From positions 1 through 25,278 of the IMG/VR virus record IMGVR_UViG_3300027838_000035: 25,278 nucleotides of DNA. The stretch is one strand, 5' to 3'. This DNA comes from a virus. Lineage: Duplodnaviria; Caudoviricetes. The notes under the pieces are model-generated. The model saw nothing but the letters and a program-made list of their open reading frames with translations. It made no database searches and was not told the origin of the DNA. The position numbers and the translations under genes are program-made. Of this stretch, positions 9,510 to 18,253 are shown piece by piece; the stretch's first letter is position 1, and the number at the start of each line of letters is the position of its first letter.

Positions 9510-9534
9510 GAAGGAGTCGACTCCAAAGCCTTCT

Positions 9535-9972
9535 TTACATGGCTCTCACAAACCCTGACGCATAACCACCGGGGCTGTTGATAGCAGCTCCGATAGCAGC
9601 GAGGGCATTGACAGGACCAAACGTGCCCTTGAGACCGGTACTGTTTACTCCGAAGGAACCTGCGACTCCCGGCCCGAGCATGTTGTCGATGGCCGTAGTC
9701 ACTGAAGTGCCCGTGCCGAAGATGTAGACAGACGCGGCATACCCGTATGCGATGTAGCGTCCGCTCTGCGTATCAGGTACGTCGCTGTTAGAGATCCCTG
9801 CAAACGTGCGAAGCTGGCCGACTGCAGGATGCACGGCACTGTTGCCGTCGAGCGATGCCGCTGTGGTCGTAAAAGCAACGGCGTGGCCGGTGGTGACTGT
9901 GGCTCCGGCAACATTGGTGAAGTTGCCGTACATCACCTCGGCATTCGTCTTGTTGGTTGTTGCGGTGGTCAT
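9535..9972 (-). CDS. putative capsid cement/decoration protein
   Basis: Small Ala/Gly/Thr-rich beta protein downstream of the MCP; GAAGGAG RBS before MTTATT at 9972. Confidence 0.6.
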   Translation of the reverse strand: MTTATTNKTNAEVMYGNFTNVAGATVTTGHAVAFTTTAASLDGNSAVHPAVGQLRTFAGISNSDVPDTQSGRYIAYGYAASVYIFGTGTSVTTAIDNMLGPGVAGSFGVNSTGLKGTFGPVNALAAIGAAINSPGGYASGFVRAM

Positions 9973-10023
9973 TGGTTCTCCTTCCTCATCACCTTGGGCT
10001 TGCGCCACGGGGGTCCGAGTGGT

Positions 10024-10311
10024 TTAGATGAATTCGCAGGACCATGAGTAAGAGCTGACGTCCACCGTCGTGGACTGAAGCGCCACGGTACCGTTTGTGG
10101 CGGTACCGCTGGCGTCTTCGTTCGCATCCACCTCAACCGATCCGGCGTTATCCTTCCCGTAGATCTTGAAAGACCCAGGAACGATGTAGCCGGTCGGAAT
10201 GAGAGCGAATGCTGTCTTGGTCCCACTGACCTCAGCCGTGCCGGAGACCGCTGTGTGCGCTCCGGTCAGGCTGAGCAGATTTTGAGTTACTGTGAAATCT
10301 CCGAGCGCCAT
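10024..10311 (-). CDS. small putative head decoration protein (MALGDFT...)
   Basis: GGAGGAG RBS; beta-rich; resembles the upstream neighbour. Confidence 0.6.
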   Translation of the reverse strand: MALGDFTVTQNLLSLTGAHTAVSGTAEVSGTKTAFALIPTGYIVPGSFKIYGKDNAGSVEVDANEDASGTATNGTVALQSTTVDVSSYSWSCEFI

Positions 10312-10322
10312 GACTCCTCCTC

Positions 10323-10610
10323 TCAAACGTATCCAGCTGCGAACCGGAAGGAGTCTGCTGCCTCAGCTTGCACAGCCACAGATCCCGATGTCGAAGTGGA
10401 AAAGTCTGCCGCTACATTGACCACCACGCGGGCGTCATTCGTCGCATCGTCAGTCGTGCATTCCAGATTACAGAAGAGCAGCGACTGCTGAGAGTTGACG
10501 AGCTGAAACGCCCGTGCTGTGGTGTCAGCCTCGATCACTCCATTGACGACGTAGTGGTCGCCAGCAGAACGAACGGGAGCGGTGTCGTATGTGATATCTC
10601 CAACGGCCAT
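10323..10610 (-). CDS. small putative head decoration protein (MAVGDIT...)
   Basis: GGAGGTG RBS; immediately follows the MCP. Confidence 0.6.
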   Translation of the reverse strand: MAVGDITYDTAPVRSAGDHYVVNGVIEADTTARAFQLVNSQQSLLFCNLECTTDDATNDARVVVNVAADFSTSTSGSVAVQAEAADSFRFAAGYV

Positions 10611-10624
10611 CGTTCACCTCCCTC

Positions 10625-11614
10625 TTAGGTGATACCTGTGAGCTTGGTGAATTTTGCGCGGTTGTTCGTCAACCAGTTGCCCATGAAGAGGAGCTGACTC
10701 ACAAACGAGTCCTGGTTCACTGGGCGTTGCAGCCCGCCTTCAGCTTCTCCGAAGTTGGCATCTTCATGTGCGAAGAGCTTCCCTGCGGAAAGGTTCATTC
10801 CGTACATCGTTCCCGATGTGCAATCGGGATCCCAAACAACTTCGCCATCTTTGAAGGGAGGGTTCTGCACGGAGAGGTTTGCATCACCGGCACCGAAACG
10901 GATGTGCGGCTGGTGCAGCGCCTCGAAGGACTCCTGAATCGGCTGGGTCGTAACCCAGAGATCGATACCCATGTTGTCGCCAGATCCACCGACCTGAAGG
11001 ACGTTGTTGTACCCCGTGCGCATCTGCGGCAGAAGGTTCACTGCGGCTGCGCCTACTGAGGTAATGGAGTCATTCTGCCATGCGGTGTTTGCAACAGGCA
11101 CGCCCGCATACGAGACGGTCCCAGGAGCGGTCTCCATGGATGCTTCAAGTCCTGTGATGTTGAGGGATCCGTTTCCGGTTCCATCAGAGAACAGGTCTGT
11201 GGCAATACGCTTCTGGAGGGACTGGGCTGCGTCAAAAGTCTTCTGTTCGAGCAAGTTGAACAACTGTTGCTCGGAACCCTTATTAATCCTCAGCTCACGA
11301 CCAGTGATCACGATGGAAACCGAGTACTGCTTCCACTGGAAGAAGGCTGACGTCACGTTGTCCTGACGTGTAACGTCGAGCGTCTCGTCGTCGGTGTAAC
11401 TGTCCACGGTCGAGTTCGTATCATACTGGAACTGGACGCGCAGTCGTTCGCCACCGTTGACGACCATCAGGTTGCCGGACTCACGAAGTTTATTCAGGAG
11501 AGGGCGCATCTTGAAAATCGCGTCCTGCACAACACCTGTGTCCACGGCCCGTTCGAGCGTAGACGCCAGTAGCGACTGAATATTTCTTGTGTCCGTGGTA
11601 TATTGATTAGCCAC
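10625..11614 (-). CDS. major capsid protein (HK97 fold)
   Basis: 329 aa; GGERLRV, SAFFQWKQYSVSIVITG.E, LFSDGTG...ITGL, WQN and PVNQD...GN motifs; follows scaffold; GGAGG RBS. Confidence 0.9.
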   Translation of the reverse strand: MANQYTTDTRNIQSLLASTLERAVDTGVVQDAIFKMRPLLNKLRESGNLMVVNGGERLRVQFQYDTNSTVDSYTDDETLDVTRQDNVTSAFFQWKQYSVSIVITGRELRINKGSEQQLFNLLEQKTFDAAQSLQKRIATDLFSDGTGNGSLNITGLEASMETAPGTVSYAGVPVANTAWQNDSITSVGAAAVNLLPQMRTGYNNVLQVGGSGDNMGIDLWVTTQPIQESFEALHQPHIRFGAGDANLSVQNPPFKDGEVVWDPDCTSGTMYGMNLSAGKLFAHEDANFGEAEGGLQRPVNQDSFVSQLLFMGNWLTNNRAKFTKLTGIT

Positions 11615-11629
11615 GTTCTAAAACCTCCG

Positions 11630-12562
11630 TTATTCGGAAGCGGCGAGGGCCGACCGGATACGGCTAAACACAGCTCCGATATTTCCTGGCTCATTCTCTG
11701 AGTCATAAAGCACCGGTTCACTGGCTCCTGTTGCAGAGCGTCCAGCTACCCCCGTTCCATTGAGACGATTGCTCATCTCCGTGTCACGGACGTTTCTGGC
11801 GTTCTGCGTTTCACGACGTCCCTCTTCTTTCGATTTCTCCATAAGAGTTTCGAAAGATGAGAGGACGAACATATCTTCGAACGTCAATCCCTTCTGGTTC
11901 ACGATGCGGTCGAAGACCGGAGCCATCTTGTCCCGAGCTTCGGGGTTGATCAAGAATTTGCCAGCGCCATCGAAATGGCCGAAATCTTCACCCCACGTTT
12001 GTGATGCACGTTGGTTTGAAGTGTCGCTCATCTCCCGCAGTGCCCGCTCACGTTCGCGGGCTGTCAGCTCCTGCTGAGAGACGTAGCCGTTCTTGTTCAA
12101 CCACAGCTGCAGCAGCTCCTGTTGTTCTGTCGGAATCTTGTCCAGCTCATCCGGCTCAGGCTCCTGCTCGGGGGTCTGTTGTGTTACCTGTGTTCTCACC
12201 TTCTCCAGCTCGTCCAGGCCCGTGCGTAATTCTTGGCGCATGCGGTCAACTTCGTTGCGCTCCGACTGCGCACGGGTAAAGCCTCGCTGAAATTCAAGCA
12301 GCGTATTTGCTGCCTCTTCGCCTCCGTGTTCTTTGAGTATGCGAAGTGCTTGGTCTACACCGATCATTGGTCCCGAGTCCTCTGCTTCCGGCACAGCTGC
12401 TCCGTTCACAGGGGGCGTTTCCTCGATTACAGTGTTCCCGACCGGCTCCGTTCCGACCGAGACGTCTTCCCGCTCGTCCGCAGACCCACCTTCCAGACCA
12501 TCAGGAGCCACTTCCGTGGAATTCCTGATTTCATCTGCGATGGCTTGCATTCCGAGATTCAT
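11630..12562 (-). CDS. capsid scaffolding protein
   Basis: Acidic, coiled-coil-rich 310 aa (EFQRGFTRAQSE) directly upstream of the MCP. Confidence 0.75.
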   Translation of the reverse strand: MNLGMQAIADEIRNSTEVAPDGLEGGSADEREDVSVGTEPVGNTVIEETPPVNGAAVPEAEDSGPMIGVDQALRILKEHGGEEAANTLLEFQRGFTRAQSERNEVDRMRQELRTGLDELEKVRTQVTQQTPEQEPEPDELDKIPTEQQELLQLWLNKNGYVSQQELTARERERALREMSDTSNQRASQTWGEDFGHFDGAGKFLINPEARDKMAPVFDRIVNQKGLTFEDMFVLSSFETLMEKSKEEGRRETQNARNVRDTEMSNRLNGTGVAGRSATGASEPVLYDSENEPGNIGAVFSRIRSALAASE

Positions 12563-12601
12563 GCTTTTCCCTTCTGGTGACCAGCCGAACTGGACTCACC
12601 G

Positions 12602-13066
12602 CTAATCCTTGTTTGCCGTAAGGTGTCTTACCTTGACAGCGCTTTTCAGGGAGCTGGATTCTTTTACCGGAACCTCACCACCCTTGTTCTGGGCGTAGGA
12701 CTTCCAGTTTTCTTTCCGCTCCGCTTTCTCGTCTCGCCTCCGCAGCACATCGTCAAAACTCTTGCCCTGTGGAGGGGGTAGTTTTCCTGAAGATTCATCA
12801 TTCCTGGCTCCGCCGACCTTGTCGCCCGTCTGCATGTAGCCGAGGCGTTTTGCTTTCTCGATCATGTCCCTGTTGCCGGTCACGTCACAGCCCAGCGGCT
12901 CACAATAGAACCCTTCTCTCACCTGCAGCTTCGCCCCTACCGGAAACTGGTAGACGGCATTGCCTCCGCACAGTTCACAGGAGACAGGTTCGTTTCGCTC
13001 TTCGTATGGGACGAGGTGCGTCTTTCTTGATCCACACCCCATGCAGTCGTAATCGTAGTTAGGCAT
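12602..13066 (-). CDS. FmdB-like zinc-ribbon protein
   Basis: MPNYDYDCMGCG...PVSCELCGG signature. Confidence 0.8.
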   Translation of the reverse strand: MPNYDYDCMGCGSRKTHLVPYEERNEPVSCELCGGNAVYQFPVGAKLQVREGFYCEPLGCDVTGNRDMIEKAKRLGYMQTGDKVGGARNDESSGKLPPPQGKSFDDVLRRRDEKAERKENWKSYAQNKGGEVPVKESSSLKSAVKVRHLTANKD

Positions 13067-13069
13067 CTT

Positions 13070-13357
13070 CTATCTCCTCAACTCGTATCCGACGTAGGCT
13101 CCAGCTATCTCCGCTATCCCGTGCGGGCCTCCAGCCAGATCCAGCTCGTCGCGTTTCAACAGCTCCTCAACCACTGTCACCTGATCTATGGGCATACGCC
13201 TCAAGTGCAGACGGACAATGGCTGCGTAGATAAGCAGTCCTTCGACAGAGAAATTGGCCCAGCCCAGATTCAGCTCCCTGATGACATCCCTCATGTCGTA
13301 GCCGTCCACCATCATTCCACCCAGAACCATCCTCTCCCGCTCCATTTGCTCCGTCAA
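13070..13357 (-). CDS. stand-alone DnaB-like helicase N-terminal domain protein
   Basis: ERMVLGGMM...F...LIYAAIVRL...PIDQVTVVEELLKRDELDLAGG matches the DnaB NTD pattern; no ATPase domain follows. Probable TTG start at 13357 overlapping the upstream TGA with GGAGG RBS (alternative: ATG of MERERM). Confidence 0.75.
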   Translation of the reverse strand: MTEQMERERMVLGGMMVDGYDMRDVIRELNLGWANFSVEGLLIYAAIVRLHLRRMPIDQVTVVEELLKRDELDLAGGPHGIAEIAGAYVGYELRR

Positions 13358-14127
13358 TCTTCCACCTCCTCGAACTCGGCTTCCCGAATCTGTCGTTCCT
13401 CTCGACGTGTCATCCATTCCTCATGGCTCTGCGGAGGTTCTGGCGGCACGTCGATACTGTCCTTCATTGTGTGGGTCGAGTTGATGTTCACTTCCTGAGT
13501 CTTCAGCCAGTGGTCGCGCTTGAAGGATTCCAGATGCCTGTATGCGCCCATCCACGTCGACTGATTCTTCTCGATCTTGTCTATCCCCATCTTTACAAGG
13601 TTGGCTTCAGCGATGGCTTGTGATTGCTCGACGCCCAGGTAGAGCCTTGAGAAGAGGGTGTCTTCCTCTTTCGCCCAGTCTCTCCTGCCCTTCTTCATCC
13701 ATTCCCCGAAGTATGGAGCCGGAATCCCTGAGGCTACTGCTGCCGTCACGGGGAAGTTGCCCTGCTCGATCAGCTCTGTGACTCGTGCGATATGAGCTTG
13801 AGTAAGGAGCGTCGGGTTCTTTCCGTTGAGTTTTACGAGCACCCTGTCTTCTTCTGGAATCCGTGCCCTCAGTCGCCGCTTTGCCGCTATCTGATACATC
13901 TTGTTTTTCTCTGGTCGGTAGACGGGTTTGCCGCATTTGGGACACGGCTTCTGGAGGATCCCACCATTCGTTTTGCGGATGAATGTCGTTGCCCTGTTGC
14001 CTTTCCAGCCGCAGCCGTCTTCGTCGGTGCAGCGGACCTTGAGGTATTTGCACTTCCTGCCGTCTCCGCGTGATCCGTTCTTCCCGCCGTCGGTGCGGGT
14101 TCCTGCACCCTTCCCACTGGCACCCAT
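13354..14127 (-). CDS. terminase small subunit-like HTH protein with N-terminal zinc ribbon
   Basis: LLTQAHIARVTELIEQGNFPVTAAVASGI...EWMKKG...VEQSQAIAE...WMGAYRHLE...W resembles the TerS-like HTH family; CxxxxxC...CPKCG at the N-terminus. Confidence 0.65.
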   Translation of the reverse strand: MGASGKGAGTRTDGGKNGSRGDGRKCKYLKVRCTDEDGCGWKGNRATTFIRKTNGGILQKPCPKCGKPVYRPEKNKMYQIAAKRRLRARIPEEDRVLVKLNGKNPTLLTQAHIARVTELIEQGNFPVTAAVASGIPAPYFGEWMKKGRRDWAKEEDTLFSRLYLGVEQSQAIAEANLVKMGIDKIEKNQSTWMGAYRHLESFKRDHWLKTQEVNINSTHTMKDSIDVPPEPPQSHEEWMTRREERQIREAEFEEVED

Positions 14128-14363
14128 TAGGGCACAGACTCCAAGAACTTCATATGCTCAATGAGTCTGGATGCTTCACCTGTTTCCTTGTCGCCGTTCA
14201 GGCCACGGGTCTTGTCCTTTGCGGCATCGATCTTCTCTTCCACCAGCTTGCCGAACTTCTTACGCGCCTTCTTGAATTCAGCTGAGAACTCCCTCTGAAT
14301 TTCCGGTGGCGGCTCGACCAGTACGACCGGCGGCTGATCCAGTGATATCCCAAAGTTTTCCAT
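14127..14363 (-). CDS. hypothetical protein
   Basis: 78-aa ORF tightly packed between portal and TerS-like gene; AAGGAGG RBS. Confidence 0.7.
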   Translation of the reverse strand: MENFGISLDQPPVVLVEPPPEIQREFSAEFKKARKKFGKLVEEKIDAAKDKTRGLNGDKETGEASRLIEHMKFLESVP

Positions 14364-14365
14364 TA

Positions 14366-16480
14366 CTACTGTCCTCCTTCGTCCGCTTCTCCTGCTTGAG
14401 CGTTGGCTCTGGCGGGCGTGGCGGGGTTTGCTGCAAAAGACTGCGAATCGATAGGTCCGACTCCGCCTGAGGCGGCAGCGCCTCCCGGCGATTTTATCTG
14501 CTGGAGAGAAGCGAGGATCTCCATCCGCCGCTGCGGATCTTCCTTTATCTGCCTGTTCACTTCTTCTGTTACGTCGTCTGGATTTCCCGGCAGGTACCTG
14601 TCCACGTCCTTGATACCCGAAGCCCTGAAAACGTCTTCGAGCATTTGCGGCAGGTTGGGAACCATCTGGAAAGTCTGTGCCATAATCGGCAACAGCCCTG
14701 CGCTGAGGTTGAGCCTGTCCATGGCTTGCTTCTGCGCCACAGCCTGGGACTCACGGGATCCTGAGACTTGGATGTCGAACAAGTATTCACCCTGCGCGAT
14801 ATCTTTCGTCACCTGCTGGACAGCCCCGGTCCTCGGGTCAATGAGGTCGCCCGTATCCGGCATGAACTGCTGTTGCAGCTGCCAGAATTTTCTGGCTGTA
14901 TTGATCTGGAATTTTTCGAAGCGATCCTGACGCCGACCTTCACGCGCTGCAGTACGCCGCTCGATGATCGCTGCTTCTGTGGCGGTGTCTGGATCGTTGC
15001 CACGGAGAGGCTGCGCCGTCCCTGCCGTCTCGTCGAATAGGGCGCGAATCAGAGAGAGCATCTGCGTTTTGTCGGAGTTGATTTCGAGGAAGGGTGCTGC
15101 CTGGATGGCGCGACCGTTCGACGCTGCCAGTCCTTCTACAGGAATGATTGCGCCTTCAGGAGCTTCTTTGAGGTTGGTAATGGAGTTGTCGGCCCATGCG
15201 TCCTTGTCCACCAAGAGGACGTTCTTGGATTTGCGCATGGTGTAAAGCATCGAGTCGAGAAACTCGTTCACCAGCACCTGCATGTTGTCAGCGCCAGCAA
15301 GACTCAGGAGGGGCTTGTTCACCCACGTCTGCATATTCTGCTGGAAGTGCAGGATCTCACACGGGTAATCTTCGATGAACTTATACGGCCACTCTTCTTC
15401 GTGGCGCAGGAGCTTGTCGTGGTCAGGCACAAAACTCAGAACGACGTTGCGGCGCTTCCCTGGACCTACCGGGAAGTCACGCGCCCAGATCTCCCATCCT
15501 TCTGCGATACCAAACTGGCTAAAGCCTTCTTCGTCTTTGCCCAGCGCCGAGAACAGGCGACGGATTCCGCCTTTCTTGGCAGGATCCCCACCGGGGAGCT
15601 TGGCATTGGGCTTCAGGTCTTCTGTGTTCTTGAGGGCTTTGTCCGCTTGCCAGCGATAAACGGGCTGGCGTATGCGGAAGGCGATCCATCGAGCATCAGC
15701 CAAACCAGCCGAGGCCCACGGATCCATGAGGAAGTCGCCGGGATTCCACCGGATGCCGAACGGAGCTTGCCACTTTACTCTGGAGCTGGGGCGCGGCTGG
15801 ATACCTTCTCGGTATTCCTTGTGCCGTGCGATGTGCGGGGCCACGATGAGGTTGCGTATGTCGGGGTTAATCTGTTCGTCACTCATCAGATCTTCGTGAG
15901 CGGCGATGTGGAAAGCGTGGTCCTGTTCCCGTGTGATCTTGGTCGGCTCACCTTCAGACAGGAAACCGTTCTCTATCGTGGGGTCTTCGTGGACCTGCGT
16001 TGCCAGATCGAGAAGCACCAGCTCCTCGACTACTTCCTCTTCGAACTCCCAGCCAATTTTCTTTACGGCCCATGGCATGCAGTGGGCATCGAATGTGCAT
16101 TGCTCGTCTTCTGCGGGCTGGCCGGTTTCACCCCACCAGTAGTTGATGTTGTTCGCCACTACCGGTGCAAAAGTGGAGCTGGCTTTGCGCTTTGCCTTCA
16201 CGTCGAAAGACGGCTCACCGGCACCAACCATCGTTGATACGGACTGGTCGACCCACGCGAACACGAATGAAGCCTTCGTCCGCATCACGTTGTCGCCCTG
16301 GTCGAGCTGATCGAGGCGTTCTTCCCGGTTCGTCGTCGCCATGTTGTTATACATCTTGACGATTTCTGTACCGGCTTCGAAGAATGGCTGAAAGAATTTC
16401 TCTGCCACCTCGATCTGGTTAGTCCAGAACGCAATGCGCCCTTCGTCCGTTAGCGGGTAGTGCGTAGCTTCATCAGCCAT
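14366..16480 (-). CDS. portal protein
   Basis: 704 aa directly after TerL; KKIGW, DFLMDP...DARWIA, TATEAAI motifs; low-complexity C-terminus. Confidence 0.88.
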   Translation of the reverse strand: MADEATHYPLTDEGRIAFWTNQIEVAEKFFQPFFEAGTEIVKMYNNMATTNREERLDQLDQGDNVMRTKASFVFAWVDQSVSTMVGAGEPSFDVKAKRKASSTFAPVVANNINYWWGETGQPAEDEQCTFDAHCMPWAVKKIGWEFEEEVVEELVLLDLATQVHEDPTIENGFLSEGEPTKITREQDHAFHIAAHEDLMSDEQINPDIRNLIVAPHIARHKEYREGIQPRPSSRVKWQAPFGIRWNPGDFLMDPWASAGLADARWIAFRIRQPVYRWQADKALKNTEDLKPNAKLPGGDPAKKGGIRRLFSALGKDEEGFSQFGIAEGWEIWARDFPVGPGKRRNVVLSFVPDHDKLLRHEEEWPYKFIEDYPCEILHFQQNMQTWVNKPLLSLAGADNMQVLVNEFLDSMLYTMRKSKNVLLVDKDAWADNSITNLKEAPEGAIIPVEGLAASNGRAIQAAPFLEINSDKTQMLSLIRALFDETAGTAQPLRGNDPDTATEAAIIERRTAAREGRRQDRFEKFQINTARKFWQLQQQFMPDTGDLIDPRTGAVQQVTKDIAQGEYLFDIQVSGSRESQAVAQKQAMDRLNLSAGLLPIMAQTFQMVPNLPQMLEDVFRASGIKDVDRYLPGNPDDVTEEVNRQIKEDPQRRMEILASLQQIKSPGGAAASGGVGPIDSQSFAANPATPARANAQAGEADEGGQ

Positions 16481-16497
16481 AACTATGGGATGGCCCT

Positions 16498-17985
16498 TTA
16501 AAACGAGTTTGCCAGCTCCTCCAGATCAACTTTTTGTCGGGGTGGAGTCATAAAGCTGCCTTTTAGTTTGCCCTTCTGTTTCTGCTTCAGTCGTCCCCAC
16601 GTCGCGTATGAAGCTTCCGGCGGAGGGGGTGGCTTCGTTCCCCGTCGTGAAGCCATCAGTAGATATCGTGTCTCATCCAGCGCGTGGTCGGGGTTGTTCT
16701 TGTCTATGTCTTCTCTGTCGCCCTTGTCCGAAAACTGCGCGTTCTTCATCTCGTCTTCGAAATCGTGGCAGTCTTCGAAATACACCAGCTTGTCCTGGGC
16801 CAACATTTCCTTCATGTATCTCCAGCCGATAACTCTGGAGTTCGGACCCTTCATCGAGGGCCGGAGCTTCAGTCCTGCTTCGTTCTTGAAGATGTCTGCG
16901 ACCGTGCGGTTCAGTACGGCTCCGCCCTGATTTGAACGGGTGCTCCACAGGGCGCTGTCGGCCCACACTACCTGAGGCATTCTTCCTTGCGTGTATGGAT
17001 TCCCTGCGCACAGATCCTTGATTGCCCCGGCATGGTATCCAGCGAATTCTCCGCCCTTGTAGTATTCCGCCATGCGGACATTAAGACCTTCAGGGCTGAT
17101 CGCCCAGAGTCCGAAGGACGTCGGGCTGTTTTCTCCATAGTCGAGAGAGCCAAGGATCCGCCAGTTGTAAGGGACCAGACCGTCGGGCCAGAGGTCGTAG
17201 GGATCGACACAGTGTCTCTCCGAATCGAATACTTTGAAATACTGCCCGAACAGAGCGCTGAAGTCAGCGTCGATCCAAGCCTTCCTGAGTTCGGGATCCC
17301 CTTCCACGGAAGCTGCAAGTCGCTGCTGGTAGAACGGGTCTGCCTGAAGGAGGATCTTGTTCTCTATCAGTCTGGAGTAGATGAAGACCCTGTTGAGACC
17401 TGTCTCTGTATCTTCCACCAGTTTTCCAGATGCTTCCGCGCAGTCAACTGGAGAGTCGGGGATGCTGAACCGTTTCTTGATCCACCCTATTCCAGATCCA
17501 CCGGGGTTACCCGTGCTGCGCACCCTTACAAAAACTCCCTTACGTGCCGTCCTCAGTGAAGCAAGCATCATCAGGTAAGGTCTTGGGCGCGGCCACTGGG
17601 GCAGCTCGTCAAATCCAATCCACGTATATTCAAGTCCCAGGTGCTTGTCGACGTCGGTGTCATGTTCCATCATGGCGAACTGCAGGGAGCTGCCGTCCTT
17701 GAACACCCACCGCTGGTCACCTGCCAGGTACTTCGCTTCTCCGTCAGGAAAGTATCCGTAAAACACTTCCTTCGATCTTTCGAGCAGGGTTTCGAACTCA
17801 CCCAAGTGACGCCGGAAGAGGATCCCTTTGAAGTATTCTCCCTGCTCTATCTTCGCCAGTGCGGCATCGGCAATCAGCACCGCCGACTTCCCTCCGCCTC
17901 GGTCTCCAGCGATAATGGCTTCAGGGACACACTGCCGGAGATCTATGAAATCCAGCTGCGACCCAATCTGCGGGGACCATGGCAT
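16498..17985 (-). CDS. terL: terminase large subunit
   Basis: Walker A GDRGGGKS, Walker B WIGFDE, STGNPGG, nuclease SLDYG and DHALDETRY. Confidence 0.95.
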   Translation of the reverse strand: MPWSPQIGSQLDFIDLRQCVPEAIIAGDRGGGKSAVLIADAALAKIEQGEYFKGILFRRHLGEFETLLERSKEVFYGYFPDGEAKYLAGDQRWVFKDGSSLQFAMMEHDTDVDKHLGLEYTWIGFDELPQWPRPRPYLMMLASLRTARKGVFVRVRSTGNPGGSGIGWIKKRFSIPDSPVDCAEASGKLVEDTETGLNRVFIYSRLIENKILLQADPFYQQRLAASVEGDPELRKAWIDADFSALFGQYFKVFDSERHCVDPYDLWPDGLVPYNWRILGSLDYGENSPTSFGLWAISPEGLNVRMAEYYKGGEFAGYHAGAIKDLCAGNPYTQGRMPQVVWADSALWSTRSNQGGAVLNRTVADIFKNEAGLKLRPSMKGPNSRVIGWRYMKEMLAQDKLVYFEDCHDFEDEMKNAQFSDKGDREDIDKNNPDHALDETRYLLMASRRGTKPPPPPEASYATWGRLKQKQKGKLKGSFMTPPRQKVDLEELANSF

Positions 17986-18168
17986 TTACTTGGGTTCCTC
18001 GAAAGGTCTCCACAACATCCCGAGGAAATACTTGCAGCAGAACCGGACCACAAAATTCGGCATCGGTCCCGTGTGTGCGATGGTCAGATCCTCAGGAGAA
18101 TTCTTGTTGATACACAGCTGAGACTTGTATTCGGGTTCTTTGAATATTGTGACTGCCTGCTCTGTCAT
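17986..18168 (-). CDS. small hypothetical protein (MTEQAVT..., 60 aa)
   Basis: GGAGGA RBS right after the terminator; stop abuts the terL start. Confidence 0.65.
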   Translation of the reverse strand: MTEQAVTIFKEPEYKSQLCINKNSPEDLTIAHTGPMPNFVVRFCCKYFLGMLWRPFEEPK

Positions 18169-18185
18169 CCGGTCCTCCAGGGCAC

Positions 18186-18231
18186 AAAAAAAAAGCGGCC
18201 CCAACCCACATTTCTGTGGATCGGGGCCGCT
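18186..18231 (-). terminator. intrinsic terminator ahead of the virion operon
   Basis: GCGGCCCCGATCCACA-GAAA-TGTGGGTTGGGGCCGC stem-loop followed by T9. Confidence 0.9.
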
Positions 18232-18253
18232 CTGGGCCTTTGGTATTACTTAT

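Noticed and set aside
14366-17985. Intein, intron or stop-codon recoding in terL or portal
   Set aside because: ORFs are continuous and of ordinary length in the standard code, with no splicing motifs
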